A DNA stretch of 64,000 bases from Terracidiphilus sp. (GTDB lineage Bacteria > Acidobacteriota > Terriglobia > Terriglobales > Acidobacteriaceae): assembly GCA_049509995.1 (NCBI GenBank), contig JBEKZJ010000030.1, forward strand, positions 12,088 to 76,087, read 5' to 3'. The stretch's first letter is position 1. Every line of letters starts with the position of its first letter. Of the stretch, positions 1-7,967 are shown piece after piece. Under the pieces are notes generated by a model. That model made no database searches. It saw nothing but the letters and a program-made list of their open reading frames with translations, and had not been told where the DNA came from. A program made the translations under genes and the position numbers.

Positions 1-726
1 TTCGAGATGGGGTACTCGGCTTTCGACCTGGCGGAGCGGATCCAGACGCCGGTGTTTGTGCTGAGCGACCTGGACCTGGGGATGAACAACTGGATGTCGG
101 ATAAGTTCGAGTATCCGCAGACGCCGCTGGACCGGGGCAAGGTGCTGACGGCCGAGGACCTGGAGCGGCTGGGCGGATTTGCGCGCTATCGCGACGTGGA
201 CGGCGATGCGATCGGCTGGAGGACGCTGCCGGGAACGCGGCACCCGAAGGCGGGTTATTTCACGCGCGGCACGGGGCACAACGAAGTGGCGGTCTACAGC
301 GAGAAGCCGGAAGATTACGTTGCGGGGATGGAGCGGCTGGCGCGAAAGTTCGAGAATGCGCGGAAGCTGGTTCCGGGGCCGGTGACGGTGAAGAACGGAA
401 CCTCGAAGATCGGGTTCCTGGCTTACGGGACTACGGATTTTGCGCTGCGCGAGAGCCTGGACCAGATCAAGAAGGAATATGGGCAGGAGGTGGATTACAT
501 GCGCATCCGGGCATATCCGTTTGCGCACGAGATTCACGACTTTGTGGCTTCGCACGAGCGGGTTTACGTGGTGGAGCAGAACCGCGACGCGCAACTGGCG
601 AGCCTGCTGAAGCTCGATCTTCCCACCGAGCAGGTGATGAAGCTGCGCAGCATTCTGCACTTCAACGGATTGCCGGTGGATGCGCGCACGATTACCGAGG
701 AGTTTGCAACCAAGGAGGGCCTGTAA
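1..726 (+). CDS. korA: 2-oxoacid:ferredoxin oxidoreductase alpha subunit, C-terminal part (5' end lies upstream of the window)
   Basis: Frame is open from nt 1 (ORF track 7..726). Sequence looks like the C-terminal region of KorA/OorA-type alpha subunits. The TAA stop at 724-726 abuts the ATG of the TPP-binding beta subunit. Confidence 0.75.
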   Translation, partial: FEMGYSAFDLAERIQTPVFVLSDLDLGMNNWMSDKFEYPQTPLDRGKVLTAEDLERLGGFARYRDVDGDAIGWRTLPGTRHPKAGYFTRGTGHNEVAVYSEKPEDYVAGMERLARKFENARKLVPGPVTVKNGTSKIGFLAYGTTDFALRESLDQIKKEYGQEVDYMRIRAYPFAHEIHDFVASHERVYVVEQNRDAQLASLLKLDLPTEQVMKLRSILHFNGLPVDARTITEEFATKEGL

Positions 727-1770
727 ATGGCAAGCGCAACTGCAACGCCGGAACCCAAAGTGAATCACATCGGCCTTCCCATACTTGAGTACCGCGGCGG
801 CAAGAGCACGCTTTGCGCCGGCTGCGGGCACAACGCCATCTCCGAGCGGATCGTCCAGGCGATGTGGGAGATGGGCGTGGAGCCGGAGCGGGTGATGAAG
901 ATGAGCGGGATCGGCTGCTCGTCGAAGAGTCCGGCGTATTTCATGAGCCGGTCGCACAGCTTCAACAGCGTACACGGGCGCATGGCGGCGGTGTCGACGG
1001 GGGCGATCCTGGCCAACCACACAATGACCACGCTGGGCGTCTCAGGCGATGGGGATACTGCATCGATCGGGATGGGCGGGTTCGTTCACATGCTGCGGCG
1101 GAATCTGCCCATGATCTACATCATCGAGGACAACGGGGTGTACGGGCTGACCAAGGGCCAGTTCTCGGCGACGGCGGACCTGGGCTCGAGGCTGAAGACC
1201 GGGGTGGTGAACGATCTGCCGGCCATCGACACCTGCGCGCTGGCGATCCAACTGGGGGCGACGTTTGTGGGGCGGTCGTTCTCCGGGGACAAGAGGCAGT
1301 TGCTTTCGATGCTGAAGGCGGCGATTGCGCACAAGGGGACGGTGATGCTGGACGTGATCAGCCCCTGCGTGACGTTCAACGACCACGAGGGATCGACGAA
1401 GAGCTACAAGTTCATGCAGGACAACGACGAGCCGATCAACGAGGTGGATTTTGTGGCCAGCTTCGAGGAGATCGAAGTGGACTACGACTCGGGGCAGGTG
1501 TACGACGTGGAGATGCACGACGGCTCGAACCTGCGCCTGCGCAAGCTGCTCGAGGACTACGACCCGACGGACAAGGCGAACGCGGTGCGCACGCTGATGG
1601 AGGCGCAGGCGAACGACGAGATTCTGACCGGGGTGTTTTACATCAACACCGAGCAGCCGACGTTCATCGACCTGCTTAACGTGGTGGATGAGCCGCTGGG
1701 GACGCTGCCGGAGTCGCTGACGCGGCCGCCGAAGTCGGCGCTGGACGGATTGATGGCGAGCTTGCAGTAG
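727..1770 (+). CDS. korB: 2-oxoacid:ferredoxin oxidoreductase beta subunit (TPP-binding)
   Basis: 347 aa. Has an N-terminal CAGCGH motif and the TPP-binding block GDGD...IIEDNGVYGLTKGQ. Directly follows korA. Confidence 0.85.
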   Translation: MASATATPEPKVNHIGLPILEYRGGKSTLCAGCGHNAISERIVQAMWEMGVEPERVMKMSGIGCSSKSPAYFMSRSHSFNSVHGRMAAVSTGAILANHTMTTLGVSGDGDTASIGMGGFVHMLRRNLPMIYIIEDNGVYGLTKGQFSATADLGSRLKTGVVNDLPAIDTCALAIQLGATFVGRSFSGDKRQLLSMLKAAIAHKGTVMLDVISPCVTFNDHEGSTKSYKFMQDNDEPINEVDFVASFEEIEVDYDSGQVYDVEMHDGSNLRLRKLLEDYDPTDKANAVRTLMEAQANDEILTGVFYINTEQPTFIDLLNVVDEPLGTLPESLTRPPKSALDGLMASLQ

Positions 1771-1792
1771 GAGCCGGTTTCGAGAAGGAAGC

Positions 1793-1827
1793 GACAAAGA
1801 AGCCCCGCGTTGCGGGGCTTCTTTGTC
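1793..1827. terminator. Perfect hairpin between convergent korB and cpoB (putative bidirectional terminator)
   Basis: 16-bp stem GACAAAGAAGCCCCGC / GCGGGGCTTCTTTGTC with a 3-nt loop. There is no long T-run, so terminator function is inferred. Confidence 0.5.
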
Positions 1828-1856
1828 GATAGGTGGTTCCGCTGGTGAAGCCATTT

Positions 1857-1941
1857 CCTCAGGGCTGAGGACCGCGTCCGTTTGGCGGCGTGGATTTACC
1901 GGGACTCAAGTCCCGGCCTACCAGCCGCGCCCCTTCAAAAC
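1857..1941 (+). repeat. Intergenic repeat, 'TCAA-loop hairpin' family, copy 1
   Basis: Runs CCTCAGGGCTGAGG ... CCGGGAC-TCAA-GTCCCGG ... CCTTCAAAAC. Shares its ends and hairpin architecture with the copy at 26455-26530. Confidence 0.55.
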
Positions 1942-1965
1942 TGTCTCAGCCCTTTCATAGCCGGG

Positions 1966-2889
1966 TCAGTGCGCTGGAGTTGGCGTGATGCGGATGCCCA
2001 TGCCGTTTAGCTTGGCGCGGGCCTGGGCGGCTTCAGGGGTTTGGGGATGGCGCTGAATGAGCAGGCGGAGCTCGTGAATGCCGGCGTCCCGCTTGTTCAA
2101 CTGCAAGAGCGCGAGTCCCTTGCGGAGTTGCGCGGCGGCAGCCTTGGGGCTGCCGGGGAAGCCTTCGAGGACGGCGTTGTAGGCCTTGACCGCATCGGGG
2201 TAGTTTTGCTGGCGATAGGCGATCTCGCCAAGGTAGAACTGGGCGGTTCCGGCCATTTCGTCGAGGGGATAGTAGCGGAGCACGTCCTGGAATTCACCGG
2301 CGGCGACCGCGTAGTGGGCGGAGTTGTAGTCGCGCAGGCCGGCCTGAAAGGTTTCCTGGAGCGGGGGCGCGACGTTGGCCGGCGGAGCAGAGGGCACGGG
2401 GGTTGCGCCGGTATCGGACGGCTGGGCGTTCTGGTCAGGATTCTGGGTTGCGGGAGCGGCGCCGGCGGGCGGGCTCTGGATGTTCTGCAACTGCGCCTGC
2501 AGGTCATGGACGGACTTGTCCAGCTTGGCGATGCGGGACTTGAGCTCGTCGACCGAGTCGTTGAGAGACTGGACCTGGCCGGAGACGGTGTCCAGTTTGC
2601 CGTTGCCGGCTTCGCTTTGCGCATTGATCTTCTGCTGCAGGGCATTGACGGTGACGGACATCTGGTTGGCGTTGTCGGCGGTCTGCTCGACCAGGTGCTG
2701 GATGACGCCGAAGCGCCCGTCGAGGGTGGACTGGAGCCGCTGCACCATATCGAGGAGCTGCTGGACCTGGGTTTGCAGCTCGATGATCTCCTTCGAGGTG
2801 GCGTGCGCGGGGACGGGCACGGAGGCGAGAACCACGGCGAGGACGGCGACGGTGAGGAGACGGTTGCGAAGTTTTTGAGCTATCTGCAT
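1966..2889 (-). CDS. cpoB: Tol-Pal system protein YbgF/CpoB (coiled coil + TPR)
   Basis: Signal peptide, Q/L-rich coiled coil, P/A-rich linker and a C-terminal TPR block (YRQQNYPDAVKAYNAVLEGFPGSPKAAAAQL). It is the last gene of the tol-pal cluster. Confidence 0.75.
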   Translation of the reverse strand: MQIAQKLRNRLLTVAVLAVVLASVPVPAHATSKEIIELQTQVQQLLDMVQRLQSTLDGRFGVIQHLVEQTADNANQMSVTVNALQQKINAQSEAGNGKLDTVSGQVQSLNDSVDELKSRIAKLDKSVHDLQAQLQNIQSPPAGAAPATQNPDQNAQPSDTGATPVPSAPPANVAPPLQETFQAGLRDYNSAHYAVAAGEFQDVLRYYPLDEMAGTAQFYLGEIAYRQQNYPDAVKAYNAVLEGFPGSPKAAAAQLRKGLALLQLNKRDAGIHELRLLIQRHPQTPEAAQARAKLNGMGIRITPTPAH

Positions 2890-2906
2890 TGTTCACCCGT
2901 GAAGAA

Positions 2907-2953
2907 CAGCTAACAGCTAAAAGTTAACGGTCAGCAGTGGTCAGCAAGTCAGC
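2907..2953. repeat. Short-period oligo-repeat array (CAGCTAA / GGTCAGC units)
   Basis: Sequence is cagctaacagctaaaagttaacggtcagcagtggtcagcaagtcagc. Belongs to the same family as the arrays at 11968, 15757, 23212 and 35783. Confidence 0.55.
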
Positions 2954-2976
2954 TTCGAATTGCCGGCTTGAGGTAT

Positions 2977-3129
2977 CCCAGGTCTCAAAGGCGAGACCTG
3001 GGCACCCGCTTGGTTGAGGTTCGTGGTTTCCCATCCTTTCGCCAGAAGATAGGCGAAAGGATAGTGCACGGAGCTTTGTGGGTGGGTTTGCGTGTCCCAG
3101 GTCTCAAAATCGAGACCTGGGGCACCCGG
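2977..3129 (+). repeat. Composite intergenic repeat: hairpin H1 - element B - hairpin H1
   Basis: H1 is CCCAGGTCTC-AAAGGC-GAGACCTGGGCACCC at 2977-3007 and recurs at 3096-3127. Element B lies at 3012-3082 and contains the hairpin CCTTTCGCC-N8-GGCGAAAGG. Confidence 0.7.
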
Positions 3130-3168
3130 TTTACTGTTCGCTGTCAGCTTTCGGTTGTCAGCTGCATC

Positions 3169-3912
3169 TTAGCGGTCGAGGGTGAAGCCGGCGCGGCGGT
3201 TCTGCTGCCAGCACTCTTCGGTGGACTCGGAGCAGAAAGGCTTTTCCTTGCCGTAGCTGACAACGCGGATGCGGTTTGCGGCCACCCCGGCGGTGACCAG
3301 GGCGTTTTTGGCGGCGTCGGCGCGGTTCTGCCCGAGGGCCAGGTTGTACTCATTGGAGCCGCGCTCGTCGCAGTAGCCGCCGATGACGACCTTAATGTCC
3401 GGATGGCTAACCAGGAAGGAGGCATCGCGGGAGAGGACGGCCTGGGCATCGCTGCGGATATCGTATGTGTCGTAATCGAAGAAGGCGTCCTGGACCTTGG
3501 CCTTGAACTCGTCTTCGAGGCTCATGGTGGAGGTGGGCACGTTGACGACCGGGGGCGGGTTAACGGTGACGCGGGCGGTGGCGTCGGCTGTGCCGCCGGG
3601 ACCGCGGGCTACGAGGTGATAGCTGGTGGACTCGGTTGGGGTGACGGTCTTGACGCCCGAGGAGGGCACGTCGCCAAGGCCATCGATGGAGATATTGGTG
3701 GCATCGGCGGTGCGCCAGGAGAGCACAACCTGGTCACCGGCGGAGACGACCGAGGGGGTGGCAGTGATTTGCGCCGCGGGCGCCTGCACGGCGGACGCCG
3801 GCGGAGCTGTCTCCGCGGGTGAAAGCGGCTCGACTTTCTTTTTGCAACCTGCAACTGCGACTAATGCGACAAGCAAGACAGCAGGTACCAAGATGCGAAA
3901 GCGTACGTTCAA
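3169..3912 (-). CDS. pal: Peptidoglycan-associated lipoprotein Pal (OmpA-like C-terminal domain)
   Basis: OmpA-like motif NEYNLALGQNRADAAKNAL and lipobox LVAVAG-C. I prefer the TTG start at 3912 (SD GGAAGGAG at 3920-3927, 7-nt spacer) over the GTG at 3972 in the ORF track. Confidence 0.85.
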   Translation of the reverse strand: MNVRFRILVPAVLLVALVAVAGCKKKVEPLSPAETAPPASAVQAPAAQITATPSVVSAGDQVVLSWRTADATNISIDGLGDVPSSGVKTVTPTESTSYHLVARGPGGTADATARVTVNPPPVVNVPTSTMSLEDEFKAKVQDAFFDYDTYDIRSDAQAVLSRDASFLVSHPDIKVVIGGYCDERGSNEYNLALGQNRADAAKNALVTAGVAANRIRVVSYGKEKPFCSESTEECWQQNRRAGFTLDR

Positions 3913-4295
3913 TGGACTACTCCTTCCGTAAATTCGAGATTGTCTTCCGAGCGATCTGGACCTCTGCGGCACTGGACCCAGCCATCCTTGCCGACCCTCA
4001 GGAAGAACGTCGCGGGTTGAGAAAAGGGACCGCTGAACAAAACGGTTCTGGCCTCTATTCCTTCAGAAAACGTTGTTGTAACGGGCACCACCGCATTCTG
4101 CCCGGCGAACAGAAGCCGGACCGCGGAGCCGATATGTTTGCCCCCTTCAGAACGAGCCTGCGGGGATTTTTGGCAACGATAGAATGATAGTTCATAAAAG
4201 CCGGTGGGGCTGGTGGACGATTGGATTCGCAGGCCCTTTGTGGTGATTTTCCTGCGCATCCGGGCGCGGTTCGTTGGTTCGTGGGCGGGGTTCAT
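3909..4295 (-). CDS. Hypothetical protein filling the tolB-pal gap (coding status doubtful)
   Basis: 128 codons. Its ATG overlaps the tolB stop (ATGA, 4292-4295) and its stop abuts the pal start. No recognisable motif, and the second half has many A/T-ending and rare codons. Confidence 0.3.
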   Translation of the reverse strand: MNPAHEPTNRARMRRKITTKGLRIQSSTSPTGFYELSFYRCQKSPQARSEGGKHIGSAVRLLFAGQNAVVPVTTTFSEGIEARTVLFSGPFSQPATFFLRVGKDGWVQCRRGPDRSEDNLEFTEGVVH

Positions 4296-5638
4296 TTCCA
4301 GCTCCAGTTGGGCGAGAAATTGTTTCCAGAGTGCGTGAGCTCGCGCTGCTGGGTTCCGTCGGCGAGCATGGTCCAGATCTGGGTGTGTCCGCCGATGGTG
4401 CGCTCGAAGGCGATGTGCCGGCCGTCTGGAGACCAGACGGGGAAGTCGTTGCTGCCGGATTCATGGGTGAGCTGGAGATAATTCTTGGAGGCAAGGTCAA
4501 TGACATGGATGTCGACCCCGCCGGGGTCGCCGGGGCCGTACTTGCGATTCCAACTGAAGGCTAGGAGCTGGCCATTGGGCGACCATGAGGGGGAGACGGC
4601 ATAGCCGCCGTCGGTGATGCGCTGGTTGTTGGCGCCGTCGAGGTCCATGGTGTAGATCTGCGGGAGGCCAGTGCGTCCGCTGACCCAGGCCAGTTGGGCG
4701 TTGGTGCGGGGGTTCCAGGTGGGGGAGACGTTGGGGCCGCGGAAGTTGGTGAGCTTGCGCAGGTTGCCGCCGCCCGAGTCGGCTACCCAGATTTCGGGAT
4801 TGCCGGTGCGGGCGGAGGAGAAGGCGATGCGTGTGCCGTCGGCGGACCAGGCGGGGGATTGATTGCTTCCGCCCGCGGCGCCGGCGGAAAAGGCGACCAG
4901 GCGATCGAGTTCGAGCGAGTACATGCGGATGGCCCATCCGTCGCGGCCCAGGGAAGCAAAGGCGAGCCGGGAGTTATCGGGTGAGATGCGCGGGGAGAGG
5001 GAAATGGTGCCAAGGTGGGTGATGGGGTGCTGGTTCTGGCCGTCGTAGTCCATGACCCAGATCTCTTTGGAGCCGGACCGGGAACTGACGAAGTAGATTT
5101 TGGTTTCGGCGATGCCGTTGATGCCGCCGCCGAGGCGCAGGATGATCTCATCGGCGAAGCGGTGGGCGATGACGCGGGCGGATTCCTCGCTGGCGGCTTC
5201 GTTGTACTGCTTGCCGAGGACTTGCGGAGTGACGGTGTTGTGCGCATCGAAGAGCCACCCGGAGACGATCATGCGGCCGTTTGCGGCCGAGAGGGAGCCG
5301 AAGGCGACCATGGCGGCATTGGCCGGCGCGGCGGACCATTGGGACAGGTTGATCTCCTGGGGCGCACCGGGCGTGGCCTGCGGAGCAAGGCTCTTGGAGA
5401 CCAGGTCGAAGATGCCGGCACTGCCCAGGTCGCCATAGAGGGTGGCGTCGAAGATGGCCTTCAAGGCCGGGGTTTGGGGATCGTCGCCGGTGGGATTGAA
5501 GTCCGCGGCGGCGAGGCGGATGCGTTCGGCACCGAGATTGCTGCCGGTGTGGACCCAGTCCTGGGCGGTGAGTTGGGGCGCGAGGACATACACCAAGAGG
5601 AGCAAAAAGAGGGACACAAGCCGGGAATATACCTTCAT
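4292..5638 (-). CDS. tolB: Tol-Pal periplasmic beta-propeller protein TolB
   Basis: Signal peptide MKVYSRLVSLFLLLLVYVLAPQLTAQ and repeated SPxWSPDGxxIAF propeller blades. Start taken at ATG 5638 instead of 5710. Confidence 0.9.
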   Translation of the reverse strand: MKVYSRLVSLFLLLLVYVLAPQLTAQDWVHTGSNLGAERIRLAAADFNPTGDDPQTPALKAIFDATLYGDLGSAGIFDLVSKSLAPQATPGAPQEINLSQWSAAPANAAMVAFGSLSAANGRMIVSGWLFDAHNTVTPQVLGKQYNEAASEESARVIAHRFADEIILRLGGGINGIAETKIYFVSSRSGSKEIWVMDYDGQNQHPITHLGTISLSPRISPDNSRLAFASLGRDGWAIRMYSLELDRLVAFSAGAAGGSNQSPAWSADGTRIAFSSARTGNPEIWVADSGGGNLRKLTNFRGPNVSPTWNPRTNAQLAWVSGRTGLPQIYTMDLDGANNQRITDGGYAVSPSWSPNGQLLAFSWNRKYGPGDPGGVDIHVIDLASKNYLQLTHESGSNDFPVWSPDGRHIAFERTIGGHTQIWTMLADGTQQRELTHSGNNFSPNWSWK

Positions 5639-5697
5639 TGGATGAGCAGTCCTTCCTCGTTCGGGGGTGGGAAAGGCGCGTTCGAGAGCGCCAGGAC

Positions 5698-6501
5698 TCA
5701 ATACGTACAATCATAAGTGACGTCGAGCCATTGATCGTTGGATTCATTGGGCAAGTCGCCAAATGTGTCAACGCGTTCGGTGGCCAGCAGGCAGGACCGG
5801 TCAAGAGTGGGACTGCCGCTGGCGGTGTTGATCTTGAAGTTGGACGGACTGCCCTGGCGATTGACCTTGAAGTAGATTTGCACCACGGCGCCCTTGGGGG
5901 TGCGCGGGTCAACCTGGCCGCGAATCCAGTTTTGGCTGACCTTACGTTTGATGCCGTCGACGTACCAGGGGAAGCGGTTGCCGAAGTCGCCGTTGGCGAC
6001 GCTGACCGGAGTGTCGGCCGAGGAGGTCTGCGCCATGGTGGAGCGGCTCAGGACGGAGCCGGCCTGCTCGCCGAAGTGGGCGCGGTTGTCCGGTTTGGGT
6101 GGGGGCTGGTGAAGCTGGGTTTTGGGGAGGTTCTGGGTCTGCTTCTGGGGTTTCTGCTCCTTGCCGGGGATAGGAATGGCGGTTTCATCTACCGCCTGTT
6201 TGGCTTTGGGTGTGGGTTCGGCGGGGGCCTTGCTGGGGTTTTCGGTGGTGAGCACATTGTCGTTTTTGGGCTGATCGTTAGGCAAGGGAATGGCGCTGGA
6301 GTCGAGGCTGACCTGGATGGCGCTACCGGGGCCTGGGTTGCCCCAGAAATTGTGATGGAAGAGGCCGCCGAGGATGCCGTAGAGGAGGATTGCGCCGGCC
6401 AGGACGGCGTGGAGCACAAGCGAACCGGCGGCCGGCGCAGCAATGGGGTCCGGCGTCAGTTCCCGCTCGAGTTGCTCACCACCCTCCAAAATGCTGTCCA
6501 T
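5698..6501 (-). CDS. TonB/TolA-family energy transducer (in the tolA position)
   Basis: N-terminal TM helix, a Pro/Lys/Gln-rich spacer and a TonB_C-like C-terminal domain. Located between tolR and tolB. Confidence 0.7.
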   Translation of the reverse strand: MDSILEGGEQLERELTPDPIAAPAAGSLVLHAVLAGAILLYGILGGLFHHNFWGNPGPGSAIQVSLDSSAIPLPNDQPKNDNVLTTENPSKAPAEPTPKAKQAVDETAIPIPGKEQKPQKQTQNLPKTQLHQPPPKPDNRAHFGEQAGSVLSRSTMAQTSSADTPVSVANGDFGNRFPWYVDGIKRKVSQNWIRGQVDPRTPKGAVVQIYFKVNRQGSPSNFKINTASGSPTLDRSCLLATERVDTFGDLPNESNDQWLDVTYDCTY

Positions 6502-6546
6502 CGGTCTGCCTGAAACTCTCTCTTTAAAAAGGACTGTTGCGGTGCC

Positions 6547-6984
6547 CTAGTTTCCAGCGGCCGGAGAGACTTTGGCTTCCAGCGGCTGGGTAACGATGGA
6601 GATGCTGGTGATGCCGGCCTGCTTGACGGAGTCCATGACGGAGGCGAAGACGCCAAAGGGGACCTGTTCGTCGGCGCGGAGATAGATGATCTGGTGGGCC
6701 GGATCGGCGCCGTGCTGGTGGAGCTTCTGGGCCAGTTCGTGGATGTTGACGGGCTGGTCGCCGAGAAATACCTGTTGATTGCGATCGATGGTGAGGACCA
6801 GGCGCTGCTCGGTGATCTCCCTGACGGTGCGGGTTTTGGGCACGGAGACGTCGATGCCGGACTGCAGGACGGGCGCGGTGATCATGAAGATGACCAGCAG
6901 GACGAGGACCACGTCGACCAGGGGAGTGATGTTGATGTCCGCCAGGGAGGAACGGGTTTGTCCGGTGCTATTTGTAAAGGCCAC
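6547..6984 (-). CDS. tolR: Biopolymer transport protein TolR/ExbD
   Basis: 145 aa with a single TM segment (INITPLVDVVLVLLVIFMI) and a periplasmic ExbD-like domain. Overlaps tolQ by 17 nt. Confidence 0.85.
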   Translation of the reverse strand: MAFTNSTGQTRSSLADINITPLVDVVLVLLVIFMITAPVLQSGIDVSVPKTRTVREITEQRLVLTIDRNQQVFLGDQPVNIHELAQKLHQHGADPAHQIIYLRADEQVPFGVFASVMDSVKQAGITSISIVTQPLEAKVSPAAGN

Positions 6985-7771
6985 GTTCCGCCGCCTCTCT
7001 GGAGGGTTCGGGGCTGGGGTTGCGCGGGGGCAGCGGAGCAGGCGCGCGAAGGGGAATCTCCTCGAGCGAGTTCAGCAATTCCCGGGAGAAGTCGTCGATG
7101 GCGGCGGCAAAGATCCGGATGCGGGCGGTGAACTGGTTGTAGGCCACGACGGCGGGGACGGCGACAAAGAGGCCGGCGGCAGTGGTGATGAGGGCCTCGG
7201 AGATGCCGGGGGCGACGGCGCGGAGGGTAGCGGCCCCGGCGGTGCCGAGGCCGTGGAAGGCGTCGATGATGCCGACGACGGTGCCGAAGAGGCCGACGAA
7301 GGGGCTGGTGGCGGCGATGGTGGCCAGCCAGGTCATGCGACGTTCGAGGCTGGTGACGGCCTCGCTGGCGGAGGTCTGGGCGGAGCGCTCGATGGGCGCG
7401 AGATTGCGCGGCGGTCCGGAACCGCCGGTCTGGCGTCTGTAGGTCTCGTAGACATCTTCAAAGACCTGGGCCAGGGGACTGGCCTTGCAGTCGGTGGCGA
7501 CGGCGGCGATCTCCTGCAAGCGGGAGGCCTTGCGGAAGGCGCGGATGAAGCGGCGGCTCTCCTTGGTGGCTTTGCGGAAGGTGGAGGATTTGCCCAGGAT
7601 CACGGTCCAGGAGTAGAGACTGGCGATGAGCAGCAGCACCAGCACGGCCATGGCCACAACGCCAATGTTCGAGAGCATCTCCAGGAGCGCGCTGGGGCCC
7701 ATAGTCCCCGATGGGGCGGCGCCACTGTCAGCCTGCAGGATAACGAGGAAGGCAGCAGTAAGAATCGGCAT
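6968..7771 (-). CDS. tolQ: MotA/TolQ/ExbB proton-channel protein
   Basis: 267 aa with three TM segments. The conserved C-terminal stretch APGISEALITTAAGLFVAVPAVVAYN is present. Confidence 0.85.
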   Translation of the reverse strand: MPILTAAFLVILQADSGAAPSGTMGPSALLEMLSNIGVVAMAVLVLLLIASLYSWTVILGKSSTFRKATKESRRFIRAFRKASRLQEIAAVATDCKASPLAQVFEDVYETYRRQTGGSGPPRNLAPIERSAQTSASEAVTSLERRMTWLATIAATSPFVGLFGTVVGIIDAFHGLGTAGAATLRAVAPGISEALITTAAGLFVAVPAVVAYNQFTARIRIFAAAIDDFSRELLNSLEEIPLRAPAPLPPRNPSPEPSREAAERGLYK

Positions 7772-7967
7772 TCACCTCAATATCCACGGTATCAGACGGG
7801 ATGGCGGCTTCCAAGTTATCGATGTGGTGCCTCCGGGGGTTGGGGGGTCGGTTCACGAGGGGCGCGGAAGCGGCGTTCGTGCTATGCTGCGCTCGGATTG
7901 TCAGGACTGAAGCACTCGCCTACCATGGTGCTTGTCATTGGCCAGGTTCCAAGAGGGTCGCAAAAAA

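Noticed and set aside
813-1854. Alternative-frame ORFs inside korB (813..1679 + and 1042..1854 -), and similar nested ORFs throughout the track
   Set aside because: They overlap a gene with clear TPP-binding motifs. Their compositions are Arg/Gly/Asp-rich or His/Arg/Leu-rich. Such ORFs are expected by chance at this G+C content.
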